Origin: Candidatus Nomurabacteria bacterium
GTDB taxonomy: Bacteria; Patescibacteriota; Minisyncoccia; Phycocordibacterales; CAIJYI01
NCBI GenBank assembly: GCA_943356445.1
Contig: CALREZ010000003.1
Location: 6,125-70,124 of the forward strand
Length of the DNA: 64,000 nt
Direction of reading: 5' to 3'
A program made the translations under genes and the position numbers. This document shows positions 26,598-36,951 of this stretch, one piece after another. A model generated the notes under the pieces. The model did no database searches, was not told where the DNA came from, and worked only from the letters and a program-made list of their open reading frames with translations. The first letter of the stretch is position 1. Each line of letters begins with the position of its first letter.

Positions 26598-28400
26598 TTT
26601 CATCATCTTTAAGAACACCTCATGGGGTATATTTACCTTCCCTCTCGTTTTCATTTTTTTCTTTCCTTTTTTCTGTTTTTCCAAAAGTTTCATTTTTCTC
26701 GTGATGTCGCCTCCGTACAGATATCCGGTTACGTCTTTTCTCATGGCGGAAAGCGAACGAGAGGAGATGATTCTTCCCAGCGCTTGCGATTGAATTTTTA
26801 CGACAAACAATTGTCTTGGCAAGATATTATGCAATTTCTCCACGGCGTCTTCGGCTTCTTCTTGGATTCGTTTTCTTGAGACGACACGGGTGAAAGCGAC
26901 CACAGGTTCTTCGGCGACCAAAATATCCAAACGGGCGACATCGGCCGGACGCATGCCGGTGATTTTGTAGGAGAGCGAAGCATATCCGGAACTCGCGCTT
27001 TTGAGTTTATCAAAAAATCCGCGCATGAGTTCGCGAAGCGGCATGTCCACTTCAATGGAATTGCGGTTCTCTCCAAAAACTTCCGACGCGCCTACCTCCC
27101 CTTCATGGTCATAAAGAAGCGTTATGATATTCCCGACATATTCCGGAGGCGTAATGATTTTTGCTTTCACCCACGGTTCGGCTACGGATTTGTATGAACC
27201 ATAATCAGGAAACAATGCGGGCGAGTAGATCATTTTTTTCTCGCCGTTCGGATATTCCACTTCGTACGTAATGGAAGGAGTCGCGATGATCATGTCCAAG
27301 TTGAATTCGCGATGTAAACGTTCGGTGATAATTTCCAAATGGAGCATTCCCAAAAATCCGCAGCGAAAACCGCGGCCGAGAGAACCGGAAGTTTCTTCTT
27401 CGTAAGAAAGCGATGCGTCGGTAAGGCGAAGTCGTCCAAGCGCCTGCTTCAAAAGATTAAAGTCATCCTGTCCTTCCGGATAAACAGACGCCCACACAAC
27501 CGGCGCAGGATTCATATATCCGGGAAGCGCGGGACTCGGATGTTTCGCGGAAGTAACCGTATCTCCAACGGAAGCAATACCCGGCTGTTTGATGCCAGTA
27601 ACGATGTAGCCAATCTCGCCTGCTTTAAGCGAATCTTGAGGAACTTGACCCGGGTGAAAAATACCGACTTCCAGAGCGATGAACTTTTCATTCGCCGCGC
27701 TGAACAAAAGCGTATCGTTCTTTTTCACTTCGCCGTTGAACATGCGGACATACACAATCACCCCGCGATGGGTAGAGTATTCAAAATCAAACACGAGTGC
27801 GCGAGGAGAATCTTCTCCGAAGGTTGGACCTTCGTTTTCAACTTTTGGGGGTTGTATTTTTTCAATGACGGCGCGCAGGACTTCATCTACGCCTTCTCCC
27901 GTTTTTCCGGAAACAGCAAGAACGTCATCTACTGAGCAATTGAGCAGCTGGGCGACTTCTTCTTTTACCTCTTTTGTTCGCGCGATCGGCGAGTCAATTT
28001 TGCTGACAACGGGGATAATCGTAAGGCCCGATTCGCGCGCCATTTCAAGCGTGGTAAGTGTTTGAGCTTGCACGCCCTGCGTCGCGTCTACAAGCAAAAT
28101 AGAGCCTTCTACGGCTTTCAGAGCGCGAGATACTTCATAGGAGAAGTCTATGTGTCCGGGAGTATCAATCAAGTTGAGCACATACGGCTCGCCCTGGTAT
28201 TCGTATTCCATTCTGACCGGCTGCATTTTGATGGTAATCCCGCGTTCTCGTTCAAGTTCCATGGAATCAAGCACCTGCGCCATCATTTTGCGCTTCTCTA
28301 TCGTGTGCGTAATCTCCAACATCCGGTCGGCCAGTGTGGATTTTCCGTGATCAATATGAGCAATAATGCTGAAATTTCTAATGTTTTTTCTCTCTAACAT
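26592..28400 (-). CDS. lepA: Elongation factor 4 (LepA)
   Basis: IRNFSIIAHIDHGKSTLADR, DTPGHIDF and the characteristic LepA C-terminal domain. Confidence 0.9.
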   Translation of the reverse strand: MLERKNIRNFSIIAHIDHGKSTLADRMLEITHTIEKRKMMAQVLDSMELERERGITIKMQPVRMEYEYQGEPYVLNLIDTPGHIDFSYEVSRALKAVEGSILLVDATQGVQAQTLTTLEMARESGLTIIPVVSKIDSPIARTKEVKEEVAQLLNCSVDDVLAVSGKTGEGVDEVLRAVIEKIQPPKVENEGPTFGEDSPRALVFDFEYSTHRGVIVYVRMFNGEVKKNDTLLFSAANEKFIALEVGIFHPGQVPQDSLKAGEIGYIVTGIKQPGIASVGDTVTSAKHPSPALPGYMNPAPVVWASVYPEGQDDFNLLKQALGRLRLTDASLSYEEETSGSLGRGFRCGFLGMLHLEIITERLHREFNLDMIIATPSITYEVEYPNGEKKMIYSPALFPDYGSYKSVAEPWVKAKIITPPEYVGNIITLLYDHEGEVGASEVFGENRNSIEVDMPLRELMRGFFDKLKSASSGYASLSYKITGMRPADVARLDILVAEEPVVAFTRVVSRKRIQEEAEDAVEKLHNILPRQLFVVKIQSQALGRIISSRSLSAMRKDVTGYLYGGDITRKMKLLEKQKKGKKKMKTRGKVNIPHEVFLKMMKQ

Positions 28401-28444
28401 AGGTGTGATAATACCTCAAAAACAGGAAAAGAGGAAGAGAGAGT

Positions 28445-30124
28445 TTAAATCTCTTCCTGTCCAGGCGATACCGGTTTTGCTTTCCAGAATTTGTGATGAA
28501 GCTCCGCTCTTACGGTTTCAAATTCGGGATTCTTTAAAAGAATGAGTACGATTACTCCGGCGGCTATTCCTGAAATTCCGGCTAAAAATCCCTGAAAGAA
28601 AACTCCTAAAAATTTATTTTGATCAAAAACGAGAGCGAAGATATTCAGACCTTCGTAGGCGATAAACCCCATCGCGAATGAGGCGGTGAGACTGTGCCAA
28701 AAGGCTTGGGAAATGTCTTTGGTCATTCCCTTGGCAAATTCCCTTTCAAACGCGACCCAATGCATAAGAGCGTTCAGAATAGTACCGATGCTGTACGCAA
28801 GCGGAAGCGCTATAACGCCGGCGCCCTCTATGCCTTGTATTTTAAGAACCGATTCCAAGAAAATGCGAAAATCGCTTTGTCCGGCAAAAATGCGAATAAA
28901 GAAGAAAGCGAGAACGATAATGAGTACCGCGCAGAAGAAATTCATGACGAGCGGTTTTTTGGTATTTCCGGTGGCATAATATCCGCGAGTAAAAAGCAGA
29001 ATAAGCCCTTGCGCGACGAGAGAGATCGTAAAGAGAGCGAGCGCCGCGGCGGTCAAGCGCGTGTCATTCCAGCTGAAACGACCCGAGCCTAAAATGACGC
29101 GGACGATCTGCGCGCGCAAAACGATAAAGAGAAAGATAACGGGGAGCGACCAGAAGATAATGTGCTTGGCGGCGTTGGTGATCTGCGCGGCGAATTTCTT
29201 TTTTTCTCCGTTCGCAAAAAGACGCGCCATCGTCGGGAACGCCGCGACGGAATATGAAACGCCGATAATGGAAAGAGGGACGGATTGGAGATTGTACGAA
29301 AACTGAAAAATGGAAATGGAACCAACAGAGATAAGAGAAGCGAAAGTGATGAGAATGAGAACAGAGATATTATTGATAGACATCGCGAGAGTTCTCGGTA
29401 AAGAAAGCAGAGTTACTTTTCGCACGCTTTTCCAGTCAACGGAAGCGGAAAATTTCGGGAAGAAATCTTCTTTGAGAATGACCGGCAGCTGAATGATGAG
29501 GTGGAAGAAAGCGCCGATGACGACACCAAGAACTATTCCAAGAAGGCCGAATACCGGATACAGAAAAATGATGCCGATAATGATGCCGAGATTATAGAGC
29601 ACCGGGCTCAAAGCGAAAACGAAAAATTTATTAACCGATTGAGTGATGCTTCCGACAAGGTTGGAAAGGCCAAGGAGAAACGGAGAAAGAAGCAGAACGC
29701 GAGCGAGAAAAACGACTTCATTTTGGTCGACGCCGGAGAAGCCCGGAACGACGTACGGGGCGAGAAACGGCATCAAGAAAAACACGACAAGAGAAGCCGT
29801 CGCCATCGCAACAAAAAACAGCGTAAAAATATCATTCAAGAATTTCTTCGCTTCGCTATGCCCTTTCTCCGCTCGCTCTATAAAAAAAGGAACGATGGCA
29901 GTTGCGGAAGCAAACGAAGCGATGGAGACAAAAAGAAAATCGGGAATCCTGAAAGCGGCATAGTACATATCCAGCAAATGCGACGCGCCGAACGAATGAG
30001 CAAGCAAACGGTCGCGAACCAGACCGAGCACCTGCGATAAAAGCGCAAAGATAGCCAAAAGATAGGCTGCCTCATGCAAGGCGCCAAATTCTTTATGGAA
30101 AATTTTTAATATCCTGCGAACCAT
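28445..30124 (-). CDS. murJ: Lipid II flippase MurJ (MviN)
   Basis: 14-TM MOP-superfamily pattern; LSQVLGLVRDRLLAHSFGAS at the N-terminus. Start taken at MVRRILK. Confidence 0.8.
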   Translation of the reverse strand: MVRRILKIFHKEFGALHEAAYLLAIFALLSQVLGLVRDRLLAHSFGASHLLDMYYAAFRIPDFLFVSIASFASATAIVPFFIERAEKGHSEAKKFLNDIFTLFFVAMATASLVVFFLMPFLAPYVVPGFSGVDQNEVVFLARVLLLSPFLLGLSNLVGSITQSVNKFFVFALSPVLYNLGIIIGIIFLYPVFGLLGIVLGVVIGAFFHLIIQLPVILKEDFFPKFSASVDWKSVRKVTLLSLPRTLAMSINNISVLILITFASLISVGSISIFQFSYNLQSVPLSIIGVSYSVAAFPTMARLFANGEKKKFAAQITNAAKHIIFWSLPVIFLFIVLRAQIVRVILGSGRFSWNDTRLTAAALALFTISLVAQGLILLFTRGYYATGNTKKPLVMNFFCAVLIIVLAFFFIRIFAGQSDFRIFLESVLKIQGIEGAGVIALPLAYSIGTILNALMHWVAFEREFAKGMTKDISQAFWHSLTASFAMGFIAYEGLNIFALVFDQNKFLGVFFQGFLAGISGIAAGVIVLILLKNPEFETVRAELHHKFWKAKPVSPGQEEI

Positions 30125-30289
30125 AAGTTTGAAATTTCTTCGTCCGTCATTGCGGGCCAAGACCCGCAATCTGAGACGTTTGACGAACATGGATCCCGAG
30201 TCGCGGCCCGGGATGACAGCAAGTCTATTATATCCTCTTTCTCCTCATAATTACAGGAAAAAACGGCTTGCGCCGTTTCTCCTTTAAAA

Positions 30290-31321
30290 TTATTTTTTCT
30301 TTTTCTGATAGTTCTGATTGGCGACAACGGGAAGATGATTTCTTTTGTATTCTTCTACGACAACCAAAAGCGGGCTGGCAAGGAAGATGGAGGAATAGGT
30401 TCCCATGGTTACGCCGATCAGGAGGATAAGCGCGAAGTTGTAGGTGGAAGCGGGGCCGAAGACGAGGAGCATAACCAGTACCAAGATGAGGGTCAAAGAA
30501 GTGTTGACTGAACGAACAAAAGTCTGCTGGAGAGAAGCGCCGACCACTTTTTCAAAATCCAGAGAAATTTTGTTTTTCAAGTTTTCGCGAATTCGGTCAA
30601 AGACAACAATCGTATCGTGAACGGAAAATCCGAGAATGATGAGGAGGGCGGTGACAAAAAGAATGTCGGCTTCAAAGGAGGGGTTGAAATGTCCAAGAAT
30701 TGCCAACGCCCCCGTCGGAATGATGACATCGTGCATCAAAGAGATGACCACCATGATCCCGTATTTTGAAGAGGAAACCGGCACGGATACTTTTCGGAAA
30801 GCGAAAGCGATAAAAAGCATGATGGCGAGAATGACGCCGCCGACGGCAACGAATGCCTTGGAACGAAGTTCGGAACCCATGACCGGGCCGATGGAAGTAA
30901 ATCTTTTTTCAACGACCTGCTGCGTACCCCCGAAAGAAAGCGCCTCAAGAAGTTTGGTGTGTTCCGCATCGCTCAAAGTTTTGGTGCGGATGATATAACC
31001 GCTTTTTCCGGTTGACTGAACGATGGCATCAGTGATTCCGTCTTTGACCAAAGTTTCTTTAACTTCCGACATTTTCGGAAGGGTTGTAGCGGCGACAGGA
31101 GCAGCGGCATTTTCTGAAACCGGCGCGACTTCCACTCCTTCCGATACGATTATCGGAGCGGTGGCAGACGGAGTTTTCAGAGAGTATTCCGCCTCAAGCA
31201 AGCTTCCTCCGGTAAAATCAATACCGTAACGGATTCCGAAAACATACATGCTCGCAAAAGAAAGCGTAACGAGCAGGGCGGAAATGCCGATGAATATATA
31301 TTTGTGTTTGATGATAAACAT
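30290..31321 (-). CDS. secF: Protein-export membrane protein SecF
   Basis: GIDFTGGSLLE at the N-terminus, a SecF TM bundle, and position downstream of secD. Confidence 0.85.
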   Translation of the reverse strand: MFIIKHKYIFIGISALLVTLSFASMYVFGIRYGIDFTGGSLLEAEYSLKTPSATAPIIVSEGVEVAPVSENAAAPVAATTLPKMSEVKETLVKDGITDAIVQSTGKSGYIIRTKTLSDAEHTKLLEALSFGGTQQVVEKRFTSIGPVMGSELRSKAFVAVGGVILAIMLFIAFAFRKVSVPVSSSKYGIMVVISLMHDVIIPTGALAILGHFNPSFEADILFVTALLIILGFSVHDTIVVFDRIRENLKNKISLDFEKVVGASLQQTFVRSVNTSLTLILVLVMLLVFGPASTYNFALILLIGVTMGTYSSIFLASPLLVVVEEYKRNHLPVVANQNYQKKKK

Positions 31322-31338
31322 AAAGATTTTTTGTGCGA

Positions 31339-32781
31339 TTAATTTTTCGCTCCGCTTCCGAAGAGGAACTTGGTAAACTTTGAATCCCCGTCAACGCCGA
31401 TAGCCAAAAGCAAAGTGCGAGTAACGGTAAGCGCGGTAAACATGGAAACGAGAACACCGATACCGAGAACGAGAGCGAATCCTTTGATCATGGAAGTTCC
31501 GAACCAGAAGAGGATGACGGCACTAATGATAGTGGAAAGATTACTGTCGCGGATGGAAGTCCAAGCGCGGGCGAATCCTTCAAGGATAGCATCATGAATT
31601 CCGCGTCCTTTTGCAAGCTCTTCTTTCATGCGGGCAAAAATGAGGATGTTCGCATCAACGGCCATACCGATAGTGAGGATAAACCCTGCGATACCCGCGG
31701 CGGTCATCGTAACGGGAAGCGTCTTGAAGATGGCAATCATAATCGCTGCGTAGATGGAAAGAGAAATCGTTGCGATAAGTCCCGGGAAACGATACCAGAG
31801 CAACATGAAAAGCGCGACGATAAGGAATCCGTACAAACCGGCAAGCAAGATGGAAGAGTATGCCTCGCCACCGAGAGAGGATCCGACCGATTGAGTGGAG
31901 AGAAGTTCAATGGAAACGGGAAGCGCTCCGGAGTTCAAACGTCCGACGAGCGTCTTTGCTTCGTCGACAGTGAAAGAACCGGAAATAACGGCATTACCCG
32001 AATCTATTTCTTCATTGACCCTCGGCGCGGAAATAGGAGAACCGTCAAGATAGATGGCAACGGTCTTTCCCACATTTTCTTTTGTGATTTTGGCAAAGAG
32101 ATCTTTTCCTTGCGCGTTGAATTCAAGAGCGACTTTCGGCTCGCCGAACTGACTCAGATCAAGAGATGATTTTTTAAGGAATTGCCCGGTGAGTTCCGTG
32201 GAAGCGTAAACATCTTCCAAAGCCAAAGGATTGATCTTGGATTGGTCAACTTTCGTTCCGTTCTTCTGCGCTTCCAGAGCCAGCTTCTGATAATCTTCTT
32301 TTGCTTTCGTTATGGCATCCATTTCCGCTTTCGGACGTTCCACTTTGAATTCCAAAATAGGGGTCGCGCCGATCATTGCCACGGCTTTCTGAACATCGGT
32401 TACTCCCGGAAGTTCAACAATAAGACGCTGTTGCTGTCCGCCTTCCGTAAAAGCGCTTGATTGCTCCACCTGCACGAGCGGTTCCGCTACGCCAAAAAGA
32501 TTGACGCGGCGTTCAATAACATCGCGAAGAGAGTTCATGGAAGTGTTCACCTCAGTCGCGCCGGTACCCACCAATTTGCTGGTGTTAGCCTTGTAAACAA
32601 GGTGCGTCCCGCCTTGGAGATCCAGACCAAGCTTAAGAGAAAACTTCTGGAGAGAGGCTTTCGGGCTGATATTTACTTTGTCTAATATCGCGAAATGCTT
32701 TGATTCTGACGCGAAGTCAAAATATGCGAGTCCGAGGCCGCAGAGGACCAATAAGACCGCCAAAAATCTGGTTTTTTTCAT
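31339..32781 (-). CDS. secD: Protein-export membrane protein SecD
   Basis: LGLDLQGGTHLVY, a periplasmic domain and C-terminal TM bundle, and position upstream of secF. Confidence 0.85.
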   Translation of the reverse strand: MKKTRFLAVLLVLCGLGLAYFDFASESKHFAILDKVNISPKASLQKFSLKLGLDLQGGTHLVYKANTSKLVGTGATEVNTSMNSLRDVIERRVNLFGVAEPLVQVEQSSAFTEGGQQQRLIVELPGVTDVQKAVAMIGATPILEFKVERPKAEMDAITKAKEDYQKLALEAQKNGTKVDQSKINPLALEDVYASTELTGQFLKKSSLDLSQFGEPKVALEFNAQGKDLFAKITKENVGKTVAIYLDGSPISAPRVNEEIDSGNAVISGSFTVDEAKTLVGRLNSGALPVSIELLSTQSVGSSLGGEAYSSILLAGLYGFLIVALFMLLWYRFPGLIATISLSIYAAIMIAIFKTLPVTMTAAGIAGFILTIGMAVDANILIFARMKEELAKGRGIHDAILEGFARAWTSIRDSNLSTIISAVILFWFGTSMIKGFALVLGIGVLVSMFTALTVTRTLLLAIGVDGDSKFTKFLFGSGAKN

Positions 32782-32936
32782 AAGTACAAGAAATTATATG
32801 CTTTTTACGCGATTTTGCAACGGTTGCAAAAAAGTCGGCGTTCACGTTCAAGGTTGATTTGACATGTTTATTTACGTGTGATATTATAAAGTCCGACATT
32901 TCAGTTCCTTTCCATATTCAAACCAAGGAGAGCGTT

Positions 32937-33572
32937 ATGCTTATTTGGGCCCTTACCAGAGCGATTCCTTTGTTTTTTCTCTTTTTCTTTTTAAGAAGAA
33001 ACCGCAAAACAGACTTAGACAAAAAAGAACAGTCTTTGAAACCGGATGTTGCGGCGAGCAACGAAGGAAACAAGTTCGCTCCTACGGAAGAGAACGAACA
33101 AACCAGAAGAAGACTCGGCGCAATCATAATTGACATGCAAGATTATTTCATGGACGAAGAAAAACTAAAAATGGCGAAAGCTCAGATTCCGGTTATTTCT
33201 TTTTGCAGAAAAAATGATATCCCGATTGCGATTATAAATTATTGCGACTGCGGCCCAATCATAGCATCGCTTGCCGAGGAAACGTCCGGTTTGCCCATCT
33301 TTGAAAAAAACAGAGACGATGCGTTTTCTCAAAAAAAATTCCAAGAATGGATTGAAGAAAACCAAGTGGAATCGTTAATAATCATGGGAGTGAATGCCTG
33401 CGCTTGTGTTTTTGAGACAGCAAACAGCGCTCTCAAAAATGGATACCAAGTTATAACGGACCACAAAATAATTGGCGGGTACTGCGGTTGTTCCGACTGT
33501 ACGGGAGGAAAACCGGAATGGTATGACAAAAACACCATTCCCCTTAAAAGTATTTTGAGAGTTGACGATTAA
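32937..33572 (+). CDS. Membrane-anchored isochorismatase-family cysteine hydrolase
   Basis: GAIIIDMQDYF and IIMGVNACACVFETANSALKNGYQV (the catalytic Cys context of the isochorismatase family), with an N-terminal TM. Confidence 0.65.
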   Translation: MLIWALTRAIPLFFLFFFLRRNRKTDLDKKEQSLKPDVAASNEGNKFAPTEENEQTRRRLGAIIIDMQDYFMDEEKLKMAKAQIPVISFCRKNDIPIAIINYCDCGPIIASLAEETSGLPIFEKNRDDAFSQKKFQEWIEENQVESLIIMGVNACACVFETANSALKNGYQVITDHKIIGGYCGCSDCTGGKPEWYDKNTIPLKSILRVDD

Positions 33573-33635
33573 ACCCAAATGCCACCGAATGAAATCGGTG
33601 GCATTTTACATTATGCATTTAAGAGAGACTCAACG

Positions 33636-34808
33636 CTAATTTTTTAAAATCTTATCAATTCTTCCCGCCAGTTTAATCATATCTTTTTCCTTGGCTCCGC
33701 GGGTGGTTTCGGCGGCAGTTCCGAGTCGGATGCCGGACGGATCAAAGGGTTTTCTCGTATCAAAAGGAATGGCGTTTTTGTTGACGATAATTCCCTCTTT
33801 CTCCAAACGTTCGCTCGCTTCTTTGCCGGTAATCCCCTTGCCATCAAGCCATGTATCCACGAGAATCAAGTGAGAATCTGTTCCTCCGGAAATAATTCTC
33901 CACCCTCGTTTTTTCAGTTCCGCCGCCAGTGTCTGCGCGTTTTTTATCACCTGCTTTGCGTACGTTTTGAACGCAGGAGTATCCGCTTCTCCGAGCGCCA
34001 CCGCCACCCCGGCGATCGCATTCATATGAGGCCCGCCCTGCAATCCGGGAAATACGGCTTTGTCTATTTTTTCCGGAAAGCATCGGTCGTCTCTTTTTGA
34101 AAAGATAAGCGCCGCTCTGGGTCCGCGCAAAGTTTTGTGCACGGTAGTAGTAACCACATCGGCGTATTTGAACGGCGACGGATATTCTCCGCCCGCCACC
34201 AGCCCCGCAAAGTGAGACATATCTACCATGAGAATTGCTCCGGAAAGATCGGCGATATTGCGGAATTTTTTGAAATCAATTTTTCGCGGATAGGCGGTGA
34301 AGCCGGCGACGATGATGTCGGGCTTGTCTATCATCGCCCGTGTGAGAAGTTCTTCGTAATTGATCCGCTCCGTTTTTTTATCCAAACCAAACGGGATTCC
34401 TTTCCATGCGTTGCCAGTAAAAGAAACTTTTTGTCCATGAGTGAGGTGTCCGCCGTGTGCCAGTGACATTCCCATTATTTTTTTCCCCAAAGGGATAAGC
34501 GCTGAATAGACCGAGAGATTGGCGGGAGAACCGGAAAGCGGCTGAACATTCACCGCCCAGTTTTTCGGATTGAGTTTAAAAAGTTTGAGCGCGCGTTTTT
34601 GGCAAAGCATTTCCACTTCATCAATAATTTCATTTCCTCCATAATATCTCTTGCTCGGATACCCTTCGGCGTATTTATTCGTCAGTTCCGAACCAAGCGC
34701 GGCAAGCACATCCGCCGAAACAAAATTCTCGGAAGCGATCAAATTAACGACTTTCGCCTGCCGTTCCTTTTCTTTCTTTATAAGTTTTTCTATTTCTTTG
34801 TCTTTCAT
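33636..34808 (-). CDS. glyA: Serine hydroxymethyltransferase
   Basis: LIASENFVS, TTTVHKTLRGPR (the PLP lysine), and overall length. Confidence 0.9.
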   Translation of the reverse strand: MKDKEIEKLIKKEKERQAKVVNLIASENFVSADVLAALGSELTNKYAEGYPSKRYYGGNEIIDEVEMLCQKRALKLFKLNPKNWAVNVQPLSGSPANLSVYSALIPLGKKIMGMSLAHGGHLTHGQKVSFTGNAWKGIPFGLDKKTERINYEELLTRAMIDKPDIIVAGFTAYPRKIDFKKFRNIADLSGAILMVDMSHFAGLVAGGEYPSPFKYADVVTTTVHKTLRGPRAALIFSKRDDRCFPEKIDKAVFPGLQGGPHMNAIAGVAVALGEADTPAFKTYAKQVIKNAQTLAAELKKRGWRIISGGTDSHLILVDTWLDGKGITGKEASERLEKEGIIVNKNAIPFDTRKPFDPSGIRLGTAAETTRGAKEKDMIKLAGRIDKILKN

Positions 34809-34811
34809 AGG

Positions 34812-35846
34812 TCAATATAATAGCATACCGTCGCCGAAAGAGAAAAAACGAAAATCTTTTTTCATAGCCTCCCGATAAAGTTCAAAAAGTTTCTCGTGGC
34901 CGACAAAAGCCGCGACGAGCATAAGAAGCGAGGACTTCGGTACATGAAAATTCGTGATCATTCCGTCAATAAAGTTAAACTTATCACCCGGACGAATAAA
35001 TAACCGAGTTTCGCCGGAGCCGGCTTTTCCTCGTGATTGTTCCAAAGTACGCACGGCCGTTGTTCCAACAGCGATGATTAGTCTTCCTCCTTTTTTGGCT
35101 TGCATGAGAGCCTTTGCCGTTTTTTCCGGAATCTCGTACCATTCTTTGTGAAGCTTTCCTGTTTTCAGCGCTTCTTCAGTAAGAGGAGCGAATGTACCAA
35201 GATTTACGTGAAGCGTTACAAACTCAATCTGAATTCTCTGCTTTTTTAATTTCTCAAGCAACCGTTTGGTGAAATGAAGCGATGCTGTCGGCGCCGCAAC
35301 CGATCCGGTCTTCTTTGCAAACACCGTCTGATATTTTTCCCGCAATTGCGTTTCCGAAAGCTTCGTATTTTTTATGTACGGCGGAATCGGCGTCTCCCCG
35401 TATTTCATAAAAATTTTCTGCACGTCTTTTATAGGGAATGACGGCTTCAACGTATAAATTTTATCTTCCTTTCCGAGACATTCAAACCAAATTTTTTCAG
35501 TCAAAAAAACTTTTTCGCCCGCTTCAAGAAAGTGATTCGTGATTGCCAAAATGTTTCCCCTTTTTTCTCCAACATAAAAAACTTCCACCTTTCCTCCGGT
35601 CTTTTTTTTCGCATGCAATCGCGCCGGAAATACCTTCGTATCGTTCAAAACCAAAACCGTTCCTTTCGGAAGATATTTCCCAATGTTCGCAAACGTATCA
35701 AAAAAAGTGATATTATCTGATTTTTTGTACACCAACAATTTCGCCGAATCCCGCGGCGAAGCCGGCTCGGCAGCAATGAGCGCCGGGTCAAATTCATAGT
35801 CGTATTCAGCTAATGTTTCTTCAAAGGATTTCATTGAATTACTCAA
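34812..35846 (-). CDS. queA: S-adenosylmethionine:tRNA ribosyltransferase-isomerase
   Basis: IAAEPASPRD, GTTAVRTLE, PPYI and other QueA blocks. Confidence 0.85.
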   Translation of the reverse strand: MSNSMKSFEETLAEYDYEFDPALIAAEPASPRDSAKLLVYKKSDNITFFDTFANIGKYLPKGTVLVLNDTKVFPARLHAKKKTGGKVEVFYVGEKRGNILAITNHFLEAGEKVFLTEKIWFECLGKEDKIYTLKPSFPIKDVQKIFMKYGETPIPPYIKNTKLSETQLREKYQTVFAKKTGSVAAPTASLHFTKRLLEKLKKQRIQIEFVTLHVNLGTFAPLTEEALKTGKLHKEWYEIPEKTAKALMQAKKGGRLIIAVGTTAVRTLEQSRGKAGSGETRLFIRPGDKFNFIDGMITNFHVPKSSLLMLVAAFVGHEKLFELYREAMKKDFRFFSFGDGMLLY

Positions 35847-36399
35847 AATTTGCCTTATTTATGCCATTCCAGACATGTAATTCCCACTCCGAAATAGTTG
35901 CAAATTTTTCATAAGTTGTAACCCGAGCGGCAACATCAAGACAATTCTCATAATCATTCTTATTCAACCTTTTTGTCCATGAAGATGTTAAATTACTATT
36001 ATTAAGCTGTTTATACTTTTTTTCCTTTAGCTTTTTTAACACAATACTGTCAAAAGGACAATGTGGTGGTATCGAAAAATCTTTACAAATCCAGAGATAT
36101 TTCAAAAAAAGATTAAGCAATTTTTGAGCTGTTCCAAAATTTAAATTATCTTTAAAACCCTCGATTGAGCAGATCCCTTTTTGGAATTTCTCAATCTCAT
36201 TTATGTGTTCCTTAGAGTTTGTCCGCTTTTCTTTGTTGTATCCCTTCAAATAATATGAAAGCAGTAGTATTTTTAATTCACACCGAGCACTTTCTCTTTC
36301 TTTGGTGTTTTTAGTTGAATACACAGGATTCATCATAAACCCCGCACGAATGGTGGAATCCATAATTTCACTTAAAATAAACCTTTCTTTTTCATTCAT
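35839..36399 (-). CDS. Hypothetical protein, AT-rich, co-oriented with and 4 nt downstream of the macro-domain gene
   Basis: ORF only; low GC relative to neighbours; overlaps the queA start by 8 nt. Confidence 0.45.
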   Translation of the reverse strand: MNEKERFILSEIMDSTIRAGFMMNPVYSTKNTKERESARCELKILLLSYYLKGYNKEKRTNSKEHINEIEKFQKGICSIEGFKDNLNFGTAQKLLNLFLKYLWICKDFSIPPHCPFDSIVLKKLKEKKYKQLNNSNLTSSWTKRLNKNDYENCLDVAARVTTYEKFATISEWELHVWNGINKANFE

Positions 36400-36403
36400 A
36401 TAT

Positions 36404-36922
36404 TTATGGGATATTTTTTATTTCATTATAAATGATCTCATCATCATCTGAAAAAACAACGAAGATGATTTCTTTTAAAGACGTTTCTGTTTCTCTCAAA
36501 TAGTTCCGAATGGAAGAGAAAGCGATTTTCGTAGCCTCTCTTTTAGGGTAGCCGTATATGCCGGTGGAAATTGAAGGTATAGCAATGACTTCAAAGTTGT
36601 TTTCCATCGCAACACGAAGAACATTCTGATAACACGATCGTAAAAGTTCTTCCTCTTTTCCATTTTCACAAAAGTACTTCGGACCAACAGTATGAATTAC
36701 AAATTTTGAAGGAAGATTATATGCTTTTGTGATCACGGCTTCACCTTTTTTACATTCACCAAGTGTTCGGCATTCTTTTTCAAGTTCCAATCCTGCAGCT
36801 CTATGTATCGCCCCACAAATACCGCCACCAGCAAGTAATGATGGATTTGCGGAATTTATAATCGCGTCCACAGAGAGAGAACAAATGTCCGCTTTGATAA
36901 TTTTTATAGAAAAATCATTCAT
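36404..36922 (-). CDS. Macro-domain protein (ADP-ribose or O-acetyl-ADP-ribose processing, YmdB-like)
   Basis: VDAIINSANPSLLAGGGICGAIHRAAG and VIHTVGPKY are classic macro-domain motifs. Confidence 0.8.
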   Translation of the reverse strand: MNDFSIKIIKADICSLSVDAIINSANPSLLAGGGICGAIHRAAGLELEKECRTLGECKKGEAVITKAYNLPSKFVIHTVGPKYFCENGKEEELLRSCYQNVLRVAMENNFEVIAIPSISTGIYGYPKREATKIAFSSIRNYLRETETSLKEIIFVVFSDDDEIIYNEIKNIP

Positions 36923-36951
36923 TGTATTTTTACAATACCACACCACAAAAA

